A stretch of 64,000 bases of DNA from Eledone cirrhosa (taxonomy: Eukaryota). Of this stretch, positions 1-13,280 are shown piece after piece; position 1 is the stretch's first letter; every line of letters begins with the position of its first letter. The stretch lies in NCBI GenBank assembly GCA_964016885.1, contig OZ024743.1, forward strand, positions 223,758,001 through 223,822,000. Direction: 5' to 3'. Position numbers and translations under genes: made by a program. The notes beneath the pieces were generated by a model that ran no database searches, had not been told where the DNA came from, and was given only the letters and a program-made list of their open reading frames with translations.

Positions 1-1122
1 CATAATTGTTAGATGAAGTAAAATGATTAATAAGAATAAATGTAATAACGAAAATATAAGGTATAAATGATTTGGCTATATATGGTTTACTTCACGTGAA
101 TCAATTAAAAGGTACAATAAACAAGTTACCATAAGTTGCAAAGATTGACAATATTATTTTGTTGTTGATGTGAGGCTGTTGTAGTCTGTTGTTGTTGTTG
201 GTGTGAAAACAGCGAGCGACAGATAATTGCTGTTGTTGTTGGAATTTGGAGTCCGTGGTAGTAGTTGTGAGACCGTAGTTAGTAAGAGAGAGAGATATGG
301 TTTGTATACCTCTGTTATGGTCTGTCGTAACTGTGAACTACCGTGGCCTGCAGACAGCAGTAAATCTTCCACATTTGTGTTCTGTAGTAGTAGGGTTCCA
401 ATCGCTCTGGGTGTATCTGTAGACCTCATGGGGTCTGTTGATAGTGGTGAATCTTTACATAGTTTGTTATAGGTGTAATGCTCCGACGTATCTCCTAATG
501 TAGGATGTTACAGGCTCTATATAGAGCTGTCGCTTCCTGTCTCCCACCTTGAGGGGATAGGCAACACATCAACCTGTCTACACCAAAAGGGTGTTGACCT
601 AGAATTTGACCTTTAGGTGTCACCCAAGGTTCAAGGCGCCGATAGATTTCGCTACATATGTATGTAAATTATTGCTTTTTTCCATATTCTTATTAATATA
701 CAATTTAATTTCATTATACACTCCCGTTGCATGAAAAAGCCCATAGGCTGCAGCCGGTACGAAAAATACGGAAATTCCTTTTTTTGTAAATAAACGTTTT
801 GCTATTATTCTATGAGAAAATGCCTTTAGCATTTTCTACTGTTTTTTTCTTTTATATATATAATATACACACATATATACTATATGAGTTTATATATATA
901 TATATATATTAATATGGGGCCAACCGGCCAGGAATGTGCAATGCACATTTTAGTCGGCCAGCTGTAATGCAGATAAAACAAAGCGCTCAAAGACATGTGT
1001 AAATGGTACAAGCCGGTGAATTATAGAGTATTAAATACATCAATGGCCGTCAAAATCAGTGAAATATGTATTATGGAGATGAAAATTAACCTGAATTCAA
1101 TTGCATATGGCCTTTTATGTAT

Positions 1123-1260
<138 letters not shown>

Positions 1261-1262
1261 GT

Positions 1263-4183
1263 ATATGTATAATAAAGCCAAAACAATGCAGGTATGGACA
1301 TAGAATAAAGAATGCAAATGCAAAAGATATTGTTGACAATTAGTCTTTTACCTTAGATTTATTTAAATGTCCTTAATTTTCGAGATAATATCTCTTCTTC
1401 GGAGGGAAGTAAAGCGGTTAAACCAGTGTTCTAAATAGCTTGGCAAGTCATGCTGACAGGAAATGGTATAGAGTATTTGTTCTACCTCTAATATCAAAGA
1501 GTTAAGGTTAGGTGGATAAAGAGTAGTCTCCCTTTAAAAGGGGTTTTTCTGTATATGCCTGTTTAAGTGTGTGGGAGAATGTGTGAGGTGTAAGTATGTG
1601 TGTGTGTGTGTGTGTGTGAGTGTGAGAAGATATGTCTATACGTAAATGTGGGGGATAGATGTTATCTCGTGTTAGAACTGGTCTTTGTGTGTGTATGTGT
1701 GTGTGTGAGAGAGAATAAGTGGAGGTGTAAGCGTGTGTGTGTGCGTGTGTGCTTGCGTGTGTGTGTGGGAGGGGGTGTAAATATGGGGCTAGATGCTCTA
1801 TCAAGTTATAAATTGGGTGTTGAGTTCTAGTCTATTATTGATTGGTGGTTGTGTTTTGTCTATAATTAGTGCTTCCTTAATTCTAAGATTGCCGAGGTTT
1901 CTTTCCTTAGTTTCTATCCTAACTGTTATGGTTTTGTCGGTGTTTTTGCATTTAACTAGGTGTTTCTTAAATGAGGAAGCGTTAGTATTGAGGTGTTCTT
2001 TTATTCTTATGTGGAGTGGTCTGGTGGTGCTAGTTACGTAGAAGTTGCTGCATTTGTCGCACTCTAGTCTGTATACGACGTAAGCCTGGTGGCATAGGTC
2101 TGTGTCGTTGATGGGGAAGTTGGCTAGCCTGCAGCGGTTGTCATGTCTGGTGGAGTGTCTTTTGGTTAGCTGTCCGCGTAGAGAAGGACCTGAGTGGGCC
2201 AGTTGGATATCTAGTCCCTCTCGTCTGATAGCTCTGCGGATGGCTGTTGTTGTTTCGTCACTGAAGTGTGGGAGCTTCAGGAAGCAAGTGTTAGTGCCTC
2301 GGGTGTGGTGTCTTCTGTTCTTTCTGACACGGTTTGTGGTGGATGTCGTGTATCCGTTCAGTTTGAATACTTCCAGGAAATGTGTGGTGTGTGTGTCTCG
2401 GTCTCTAGCGTCGGTGCATTTGTTCCGGATACGTGCCAGTTCGTTCCTTATGTATCCGAACTTAGCGCTGGCTGGGAGAGCGGATCTGAAATGTACGAAC
2501 AGATCCCTGCTGGCGGCTTTTTTTATAGAAGCAAGTGTGGATGTTGCCTTCCTCTGTTACCCTGAGTTGGAAGTTCAGTAGGGATAGGGATCCGCGGTCA
2601 TCGGGGTGTTCCATGCTGAACTTTATACTGGCGTCCATGCTGGAGAATGTTGTGTATATTTTATCCGCCTCCTCACGGGATGATGTAAGGATGAGTATGT
2701 CATCTACATATCGGGTGAAGAAGGTATGGGAATGTCAGGTGTTGAGAGCTCGGCATTCTAGCTAGTTCATATAGGTGATGGCCAGCAGGCCCGATAGGCT
2801 GGATCCCATGGGTAATCCTGTTTTCTGTCTGTATGTGTGGTGGTGGAAGGTGAAGTACGTGTTGTCCACTGTGAAGGACAAAAGCTGGTGTATGTCCGTC
2901 GGAAGGAGGCCGTAGCAGTGGATGTCCTCTGCGACCACGCAGTCCGTCAATAAATCGACAGCTGGATGAGCGGGGACTGTAGTGTAGAGGGAGACAACGT
3001 CGAGGCTAAAAGCGTATCTATATGGCTGGAGTTGGTGTAGTCTACGTATGACTTCGTCGGAGCTACTGACGTGCCCGGGAAAGGTGGAGAGTAGAGGCTT
3101 GAGGACCTGGGAGAGGAGCCAGGAAATTTTGTATAGGGGTCCTTCTATGCTAGAGACGATGGGTCTTATTTGTGTCTTAGTACTATTCTTGAGGGTCTTG
3201 ATGAGGTGGTAGAAAGTGGGCAGTCTGCTATTTATAGTGGTGTAGTTGAGCTTAACTTTATTTGGGAGTTGTCTTCTCTTACAGATGTCGAACCAGATTG
3301 AGTTGATCTGTTTTTCGATCTGGGCTGCAGTCATATCCGGGATCTCTGTATATAGTTCATTGTCGCTTAGGTGTTCAAAGGCTAGGTTGTTGTATGTGGC
3401 TTGAGAGATGACGCAAAACTCTTTACCTTTATCGGATGGTAAGTATATAAGTTCCCTATTCCGTAGGTTCTTCAGGGCGAGTTGTTGTGTCCTGGAGAGG
3501 TTTGGGGCTATCTTCTGTTTCCGTAAGATGTTAAATACGGAATGTTTTAGCCTCGAGAGTTTTTCTTCAAGCTCGCGGTTGGCAGGCGGTGGACAGAGTG
3601 GGCGATCCAGTTGGTATATCGGGAATCTGGGTTTATTAGGTTCCGTGGTGTTGTTGCCGAGAGTCGATATCCATTTTAGTTGGTAGGCAGCCCGACAGAA
3701 ATTCGTTTCTATGTCGAGCCATAATTTGTCGTCCAGTCTCTGTTTCAATATGAACTTGGAACCCAGGCTGAGGAGGCCTAATTCCTCTCGGGAGAGGGAT
3801 CCTGTCAAGTCTGTGACGAGGTGTTTTGCGTCAGGTGTGTTGTTGGTCGAGGCGCCGCTAGGTTCGGTGTTGGTACCGTTTTGTACGCCTCTGTTGGTGC
3901 TTAGAGTTGGAATGTTGTTAAGACGGTAAGCCGTGCTGAGTTTGAGAATTTTTTTTTTGCGTTAGGCGTATTTTCTCGTAGTCTCGGCGATGGTGGTATG
4001 ACCTGTCTATACCGGCGGAGATAACTCTGGACAGAGGTTCTGGGGTTTCAGTGAGTTGTGGTACAAGGCTGGAAATAGTCCGTATGTGTTGTTGTAGCGT
4101 GCGGTGTAGGTGTTGTATGAGTTTTCTTAGGCAGAATTTTTGTATGTAGCTAAGTGATCGTTTGAGGCCTGGTGATTTGAAGT
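1263..4183 (-). mobile_element. Penelope-like retroelement PLE-1, near full-length, decayed
   Basis: RT ORF 2762-3808 (PSDKG, RPIVS, SLDVVSLYT, GLPMGS). FFTRYVDD near 2700 follows a stop. GIY-YIG VVYRLECDKCSNFYVTSTTRPLHIRIKEH near 2000-2090. HHR variant in the 3' region; flanked by (TA)n. Confidence 0.9.
1371..1405 (-). ncRNA. U4C hammerhead variant (PLE-1; also 5069-5103 minus and 5448-5482 plus)
   Basis: CCT-CCGAAGA-AGAGATATTATCTC-GAAA-AT-TA-AGG, conserved between diverged copies. Confidence 0.6.
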
Positions 4184-4228
4184 ATATATATATATACATG
4201 TATACATACATGTATATATATATATACT

Positions 4229-4835
4229 ATGCCAGGTCACCAGTTGGTGCTACTGGTAACATGTATCCCAGTACAACCTGTCTCATGGTCGGGTCGTTGG
4301 CGACTAAACTGGCAACCCCACCAATGTTTCTTGGTGAGGAGGGTGACTTTGGACATCCTGCAGGACTAAAAACAAAACCTGTCAAAGGGCAAAGGAGCTC
4401 TTAAGAGTCAATGGCCATCCAAAATCACCGGGAGAGATGACCCGTTAGCCTTTGTCAAGGCAGAATTCTAGGAGAAGGAAAACTCTGATATAACACCTGC
4501 AACCCTGATGGTATCCAATGATGTTGACTTGTTCTTCTTTTTGGTAAATATCATCTTGGTTAAGAGAGTGGGACTGGCTTTGTGCAATGCATTTGCTCAC
4601 TATAAAAGCTTCACGGCACAGGCATTGCTTTATATCTGGAGATCTCTCTGCACTTGTCGTCACATGGTACCATGGGCCCAGCACTATGTGTCAATAATTG
4701 TCACAAGTGTAGTGTTTGTACCAGAGTTTTCAAGTCGCTGGCTGGACTAAAAAGTTACACTCGTTCAGCGCATCGGTAGGGGTTCTCCTACATGGATATA
4801 GTAGTGGCCGTACTCGAAAACGACTTGGCAGCCAC
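4229..4835 (+). mobile_element. Short non-autonomous RTE-LINE-derived element
   Basis: 3' part reads HKCSVCTRVFKSLAGLKSYTRSAHR*, a degenerate C2H2 finger like RTE C-termini. 5' part recurs inverted at about 47010-47105. Flanked by TA repeats. Confidence 0.45.
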
Positions 4836-4876
4836 TATATATATATATATACATGTATATATATATATACATGTAT

Positions 4877-4908
<32 letters not shown>

Positions 4909-4948
4909 GGAGGAGGTTATAGTTCACTTGAAGCATTGTGTAATGAGG

Positions 4949-5595
4949 TATAAACGTTAGAATATGTGTAATAAGGCCAAGACAATGCAGATATGGACAT
5001 AGAAAAAGAATGCAATAGTGAGAGATATTGGTGAGAATTAGTCTTTCACCTTGAATTTATTTAAATGTCCTTAATTTTCGAGATAATATCTCTTCTTCGG
5101 AGGGAAGTAAAAGTCTCAGACCAGCGTCTAAATTTCCAATGAAGCCATGCTGACCGGAAATAGTATAGAGTTCTAACTTTAATATCAAAGAATTAAAATT
5201 AGGTGGGTAAAGAGTAGTCTCCCTTTAAGAGGGGTTTGTTTATGTTTTTGTTGTGTTATGTAAATTTTATATGCGTGCATATAAAATTTACATAACACAA
5301 CAAAAACATAAACAAACCCCTCTTAAAGGGAGACTACTCTTTACCCACCTAATTTTAATTCTTTGATATTAAAGTTAGAACTCTATACTATTTCCGGTCA
5401 GCATGGCTTCATTGGAAATTTAGACGCTGGTCTGAGACTTTTACTTCCCTCCGAAGAAGAGATATTATCTCGAAAATTAAGGACATTTAAATAAATTCAA
5501 GGTGAAAGACTAATTCTCACCAATATCTCTCACTATTGCATTCTTTTTCTATGTCCATATCTGCATTGTCTTGGCCTTATTACACATATTCTAAC

Positions 5596-5602
<7 letters not shown>
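4949..5602. repeat. Long palindrome of a PLE-1-family 3' end
   Basis: 326-bp arms, centre atgc-gt-gcat at 5275/5276. Arms are homologous to 1263-1550. Confidence 0.92.
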
Positions 5603-5658
<56 letters not shown>

Positions 5659-5712
5659 GATGTATATATATACACATGTATACGAACATGTATATATATA
5701 TATATATACATG

Positions 5713-5749
<37 letters not shown>

Positions 5750-5875
5750 TTTGGTAGAAATACGTAGATGAAAGATCAAGGAAAACATTGCTCCATCAGT
5801 TGCAAGAGAGCTTATTTACGTAAGTATAAGTAAAGTTTCATATACATAACATGTATGTGCTACTATTGGTTTCCG

Positions 5876-6280
<405 letters not shown>

Positions 6281-6402
6281 GTAGGAGGTGAGTTTTATTG
6301 TAGTACAATAAAGCAATGCAGATATCGGATAATAAGCACTCTACAGTTTGTAGGACTGGAGTATACATAATATATAAGAACAAAAGATGGTTAAAAGAGT
6401 TC

Positions 6403-6479
6403 CATGTATTTTATTATGCGCATTTCAAAAACAAATATCATCATGCAATAATATTTGTGTTTTCATCAGATAAAACATG
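6403..6479 (-). ncRNA. Type I hammerhead ribozyme (PLE-2 3' end)
   Basis: CATGTTTTAT-CTGATGA-long stem II-GAAA-TGCGCA-TA-ATAAAATACATG. Confidence 0.85.
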
Positions 6480-9451
6480 AAGACATTATATGAAGGTTAA
6501 AAAACACTTGTGGATAGTTCAGTTTTAAATCAACATATGAGAAGTAGTTTTAGATTGATGTGTGATATTGGGAAAAATATTTTATTTAGAGAGGGGGGTG
6601 GAAAGGATGAAAAAGAGGAGGAGATGAGAGTAAAAAGTGGAGAGGGAGGAGTATAATGAGGAAGGATGAGATAGGAGGAGAGATGGGTGATAGAGAGAGA
6701 GAGAGATAGCTTTTATAACTGAGAAAGATATATTGTTTTACATACAGAGGTTGAAAACCGTTGGAAGATAATGAATAAATTAAAAGAATTTGAAAATTAA
6801 CGAAGAGAAAAATAATGTAAAGTTAAGGTTTGTATATTGAGGGGTTTGATAATATGTGCGATGAAAAAAGAAAATGTTAATATGTATTGAGAATAATGTT
6901 TAAGGGTTTAATAATATGTGCGATGTTAAGACGTTGATATGTATTATTAAAAGGAACAGGTTATTTAAGTAAGGAAATATTGTGAGATGAATGAGTTAGA
7001 TGAAAGGGAGAAAAGAATAATGAATTGAGGATGAATAATCTAACGTCAAAATATGTATATGTTTACGAAGGATTTTTACAAGGTGATATAGAGTAAGAGT
7101 GTATTGTATTATGTAATAATTGATTCTATGTTAGGCAAGAGTGAGAAAAGGTACAGATTAGGGGTTAGACATTAAAAGAAGAAGAGAAGAATGAGTAACA
7201 AGTATTATAGAATGTATAATAACCTTTGAAAATAAGGTAGAAAGATGGGTATATTTTTAAAGGAAGTGTATATATATATATATGTGCCTTTGAGAAAAAG
7301 ATTCTAAATTGATAAAGAATTGAATATTAGCTGTATACATTGTGAAATGTTTTATGGAATTTATGCAAGCAGATAGAAAACAAGTCAGTGCGTCTATTTA
7401 TTATAGAATCTAAATTAGAAATAATGGTAAATTTTTCATTTAGGCAGAGATTGCAAATTTTGGATAGAGACTGTTCAAGTATAGAGACGCAGAAGAAACC
7501 TTCTTCCAAAAGATGCTATATTTAATATTTTTGTCTTTCAAGGACCATATGAGTTCTGAGAGAACCGTGTTGGTTCTTTTAAGTTTGTATTTAAAAGACG
7601 AATGATGGTTATAAAGACGAGCTTTAAAAGAAGTGGAAGTGGAGCCAAAATAGGTGAAGGAATTGGTGTCAGTTATAACTTTACATTCGTAAATTAAGTT
7701 TTTATCAAGACAATGGTTGTTGAGAGGACATTTATTTTTAATAGGGCAATTGCAATTGCGATTAGAGAGATTATTAATGAGTGACCTAGTGTTATCTATA
7801 GAAGGAATTGGATTGGAGAAGTTATTTGCGATAGGAATAATAGTTTCTTGATTTAGAATGGGATTAAGAACATTTAGCGAAGTTGTGTTTGACGTTGTAT
7901 TTGGGTTTGTAGAAATTAGCCTAGGGTTTACAATGACGTCGGGAGTACTATTATTATGATATTCAGTGTTGGAAGGAAGAGATTTAGTATTTAGTATTTT
8001 ATTGTTGTGTTTAGAGATAATGTTGGAAATGTTGGAGGATGTAGAATAGGAACATTTTATAGTGTGTTTGTTAAATATTTTACTATAGATATGTGATGGA
8101 GGGAAGCATTTATTTAAGGCACTAAAGAATAATTTAGGAATATTGTTATTAATAGAGATGGAGAAAGGAGCATTATACCAGATTATGTTTTTGTATCTAG
8201 GTCTTTTATTAAAGTTATTGGAATGATCATGATTAATTATTCTACTGTAATTTCTTCTAGAATTTGTTTCTTTACTATATTTAATTTTATCAGGATAGCC
8301 GGCTTTAGAAAGCGCGTTATTATAGTAATTGGCGTTAGCATCAAAGATGTTTTTGTTAGAAGATAGGTTAGATATTTTTTTTCCAATATTACTAACTATA
8401 GCATTCTTGATATTAGTAGGATGGTTAGATTTAAAGTTAGCATAATTTAGGTTCTCATTGTTTTTATGGTAAGGGTAATATAGGCCAGTGTCAAGATTAA
8501 GAGATACATCCAAGAAATTAGCTAGTTTGATGCTGTTATCAAATTCAATTTTTAGGTTATGTTGGTTAAAGAGATTACGTATATTGTTCTTAATAATATT
8601 AAGGTTAACTATGTTGCAATTTAAGATAGTAAAGAGTCCATCGTCACGATAAATTCCACCGCGACGTTGAGGAATTTTCTTAAATTGCAACATAGTTAAC
8701 CTTAATATTATTAAGAACAATATACGTAATCTCTTTAACCAACATAACCTAAAAATTGAATTTGATAACAGCATCAAACTAGATAATTTCTTGGATGTAT
8801 CTCTTACATGTATCGCTTACATAATACAATACACTCTTACTCTATATCACCTTGTAAAAATCCTTCGTAAACATATACATTTTTTGACGTTAGATTATTC
8901 ATCCTCAATTCATTATTCTTTTCTCCCTTTCATCTAACTAATTCATCTCACAATATTTCCTTACTTAAATAACCTGTTCCTTTTAATAATACATATCAAC
9001 ATCTTAACATCGCACATATTATTAAACCCTTAAACATTATTCTCAATACATATTAACATTTTCTTTTTTCATCGCACATATTATCAAACCCCTCAATATA
9101 CAAACCTTAACTTTACATTATTTTTCTCTTCGTTAATTTTCAAATTCTTTTAATTTATTCATTATCTTCCAACGGTTTTCAACCTCTGTATGTAAAACAA
9201 TATATCTTTCTCAGTTATAAAAGCTATCTCTCTCTCTCTATCACCCATCTCTCCTCCTATCTCATCCTTCCTCATTATACTCCTCCCTCTCCACTTTTTA
9301 CTCTCATCTCCTCCTCTTTTTCATCCTTTCCACCCCCCCCCTCTAAATAAAATATTTTTCCCAATATCACACATCAATCTAAAACTACTTCTCATATGTT
9401 GATTTAAAACTGAACTATCCACAAGTGTTTTTAACCTTCATATCATGTCTT

Positions 9452-9528
9452 CATGTTTTATCTGATGAAAACACAAATATTATTGCATGATGATATTTGT
9501 TTTTGAAATGCGCATAATAAAATACATG
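9452..9528 (+). ncRNA. Type I hammerhead ribozyme (PLE-2 inverted pLTR)
   Basis: CTGATGA 9462-9468, GAAA 9505-9508, palindromic stem III TGCGCA, AUA cleavage triplet. Confidence 0.85.
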
Positions 9529-9723
9529 TGTTGTTTACTTGTCTCACTCGCTTTACGCGTTTCTATTGTCCTAATAACTTATTTTAGTTATTATCGCTCC
9601 AACGTGAGGTATATGATTTTTAATGCGATGAAATACCCATGATCGTTTGGTAAATCACTGATGAGGGACTCATTTTATAACATGTTATCCATGTGCAACC
9701 AGCAGTATTCTTCTCACCCATAT

Positions 9724-9784
<61 letters not shown>

Positions 9785-10004
9785 TATATATAAATATATA
9801 TATATATATAAATATAAATATATAAACATATATATATATATAAATATATATATATAAATATATAAACATATATATATATATATATAAATAAGTTGAAAAA
9901 AAATGAAAACGAAATTTCATTTCTCACTCTTAGTATGGCACTTACTTAAATGTAAGTATGTATGTATACGTACATACATATATGTATACAGACGTACAGT
10001 AGCA

Positions 10005-10076
<72 letters not shown>

Positions 10077-10246
10077 TATACACATATGCATACAGGTACA
10101 CATACATATATGCACGCATCAGTTTAGCCGACGTTTATTATAACGCCTGCTTTGTTCGTTTGTTTGTCAACAAATCGAACAGCCTGAATTTATGCCATAC
10201 GGTGTTAAGGCAACCACGTCACCTTTTTGTTCAACACTGACACAGG

Positions 10247-10291
10247 AACGATGTACTAGTTTCAAGCTTGTTAGCTATCATCAGCACCGTT
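10247..10291 (-). ncRNA. Minimal type I hammerhead (family A)
   Basis: AACGGTG-CTGATGA-TAGCTAACAAGCTT-GAAA-CTAG-TA-CATCGTT. Confidence 0.88.
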
Positions 10292-10743
10292 TACCCATCT
10301 GCCAGATAGTTGAACGTTCGAAAGTATATACTTTCCTTATGAAAATTAACGGCTGAGCAGCCTAATTTGCATATTGAGTGAGTTAAATCGGTCAGGCATA
10401 CCGAAAACGATAAGTTGAAAAAAATGAAAACGAAATTTCATTTCTCACTCTTAGTATGGCACTTACTTAAATGTAAGTATGTATGTATACGTACATACAT
10501 ATATGTATACAGACGTACAGTAGCATGCATATATGTATATATATATTTATATATATATATATATATACATATATATACACATATGCATACAGGTACACAT
10601 ACATATATGCACGCATCAGTTTAGCCGACGTTTATTATAACGCCTGCTTTGTTCGTTTGTTTGTCAACAAATCGAACAGCCTGAATTTATGCCATACGGT
10701 GTTAAGGCAACCACGTCACCTATTTGTTCAACACTGACACAGG

Positions 10744-10788
10744 AACGATGTACTAGTTTCAAGCTTGTTAGCTATCATCAGCACCGTT
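10744..10788 (-). ncRNA. Minimal type I hammerhead (family A, second unit)
   Basis: Identical to 10247-10291. Confidence 0.88.
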
Positions 10789-11057
10789 TACCCATCTGCC
10801 AGATAGTTGAACGTTCGAAAGTATATACTTTCCTTATGAAAATTAACGGCTGAGCAGCCTAATTTGCATATTGAGTGAGTTAAATCGGTCAGGCATACCG
10901 AAAACGATAAGTTGAAAAAAATGAAAACGAAATTTGACAAACAAACGAAATCTGACAAACAAACGAACAAAGCAGGCGTTATAATAAACGCCGGCTAAAC
11001 TGATGCGTGCATATATGTATGTGTACCTGTATGCATATGTGTATATATATGTATATA

Positions 11058-11149
<92 letters not shown>

Positions 11150-11275
11150 TGCTACTGTACGTCTGTATACATATATGTATGTACGTATACATACATACTT
11201 ACATTTATATATAAATATATATATATAAATATATATATATATAAATATATATATAAATATATAAACATATATATT

Positions 11276-11323
<48 letters not shown>

Positions 11324-11335
11324 TATAAACATATA

Positions 11336-11381
<46 letters not shown>

Positions 11382-11397
11382 TATAAACATATATATT

Positions 11398-11461
<64 letters not shown>

Positions 11462-11473
11462 TATAAACATATA

Positions 11474-11563
<90 letters not shown>

Positions 11564-11985
11564 TATATATATAAATATACACAGTTAGACACATATCTAT
11601 CACTAGTACATTCTGATTTGTATGCTTCTACACGTGTGACTGGAACACAAAACATTATCATACACAGCATCACATTAGTGAAAGTTTGTTAATTCTTATA
11701 TCACCATCATCTTCTATTGTGTTATTAGATTTAATACCACATATTTTATGCAGACTCTAGTCTCAGATGTATTCATAGACAAGTTTCTATGAGACTATGA
11801 TTGATAGTCATTTTGGAGAAGATAAAGTAGATTAATATGCAGGTGGCATGATTACTGAAAAATTCCAGATGAGGTTTAGTAACGGTGTAGGAAAAACTGT
11901 GCGCACACGTACATACACTCACTATTTAGCCATAATAAAATGAATACACACACACACACACACACATATATATGCTCTACGGTAC

Positions 11986-12096
<111 letters not shown>

Positions 12097-12156
12097 CCTT
12101 ATCGAGTCCTCTTCGGATTTTAGTCTTCACATTTATTACTAAATATATATATATAT

Positions 12157-12456
12157 ATAATATATAAGAACAAAAGATGGTTAAAAGAGTTCCATGTATT
12201 TTATTATGTGCATTTCAAAAACAAATATCATCATGCAATAATATTTGTGTTTTCATCAGATAATATTTGTGGTTTCATCAAATATTATTGCATGATGATA
12301 TTTGTTTTTGAAATGCGCATAATAAAATACATGGAACTCTTTTAACCATCTTTTGTTCTTATATATTATGTATACTCCAGTCCTACAAATTGTAGAGTGC
12401 TTCTTATCCGATATCTGCATTGCTTTATTGTACTACAATAAAACTCACCTCCTACA
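12157..12456. repeat. Short fold-back of the PLE-2-family extreme 3' end
   Basis: Both arms match 6281-6472; flanked by (TA)n. Confidence 0.85.
12193..12263 (-). ncRNA. Hammerhead of the PLE-2 family in a short fold-back
   Basis: TTAT-CTGATGA-stem II-GAAA-TGCACA-TA-ATAA; stem I shortened. Confidence 0.65.
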
Positions 12457-12860
12457 TATATATATATATAATCTTTATCCTGAGTCCTGTATTTTCGTTG
12501 GTGTGGTGATGCGGCTGGACTGCCGATCGCTATATTTGATTTGCTAAGCTGTCTAAACGTATTGTTATTACTCTAGGGTACTATTGCCATTCGAGTGCTA
12601 AAGCTACATACCGAATTTGCATTCGTTAGCTTGGCCGCAAACTAAAGCTTCGTTAATGCTGTACTAATATATATATATATATATATATGGTTTGGTGTCT
12701 ACGGCCGGATACCTGTCTAACTTTGGGGATCTGAGAGAGTGAAAGGGCTATGGGTGGCAATGTCCTGTAGAACACCAGTCACCAATCGGTGGTCCGAGAG
12801 AAAATTTCAGTGGTCCGCAGAACAATGTGGATATTATTTGCAAATTTTATGTTTTATTAA

Positions 12861-13280
12861 TAATTGTTTCTACTTTAGGCACAAGGCCAGCAATTATCCA
12901 GTGCATTACTGGTACTTTATTTTATCGACCCCGTAAGGATGAAAGGCAAAGTCAACCTCGGTGGGATTTGAACTCAGATCGTAAAGGGACGTAACTATGC
13001 TGGAAAGTATGGCGTCCGACTCTCTACCGATACTGCCAATCCACCGCCATGTTTTATTAATAATGGTTTCTTATATAGGCAGAAGGCCAGCAATTTTGGG
13101 GGAGGGGAAAGTCGATTAAATCAACCCCAGTGCGTGACTGGTACTTTATTTTATCGACCCCGTAAGAATGAAAGGCAAAGTTAACCTCGGCAGGATTTGA
13201 ACTCAGATCATAAAGGGCCGTAACTCTATGCTGCAAAGCATGGCGTCCGATCCTCTACCGATACTGCCAATCCCCCGCCC
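12861..13280 (-). mobile_element. Two tandem copies of the dominant tRNA-derived SINE
   Basis: tRNA-like A/B-box head (tggcagtatcggtag...gagttcaaatcc), central gcctttcatccttacggggtcgataaaataaagtaccag (Meta/MESC-like) and ggccttgtgcctaaagtagaaacaatt tail. Other copies: 14001-14220+, 14381-14566+, 14790-14950-, 14985-15055-, 16228-16450-, 18388-18600-, 19576-19650-, 40615-40717+, 47960-48115+, 48318-48452-, 51311-51420+, 53491-53658-, 57340-57545-. Confidence 0.85.

Larger units (their letters stand above)
6281..9528 (-). mobile_element. Penelope-like element PLE-2, 5'-truncated, with inverted pLTR
   Basis: ORF 7440-8777 has GGIYRDDG, FLDV and GIY-YIG (CLDKNLIYECKV...TYFGSTSTSFKARLYNH), with a frameshift near the C-terminus. 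8817-9528 is an inverted copy of 6403-7116. Small inverted ORF piece at about 8695-8806. Confidence 0.9.
9886..11205 (-). mobile_element. Retrozyme-like family A: two tandem ~500-bp units plus an inverted fragment
   Basis: Head-to-tail duplication with HHRs 497 bp apart, internal TA microsatellite, no coding capacity. Inverted partial copy at about 10955-11205. Confidence 0.75.

Noticed and set aside
154-832. Short ORFs at the window start as the missing transmembrane exons
   Set aside because: No M1/M2 similarity or matching splice phase; probably decayed repeat sequence.
9658-9700. CTGATGA at 9658 (and CTGACGA at 34732)
   Set aside because: No correctly placed stem II plus GAAA downstream.
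12861-13280. SINE heads as tRNA genes, or repeats as a CRISPR array
   Set aside because: No cloverleaf, dispersed diverged copies, eukaryotic context, no repeat-spacer periodicity.
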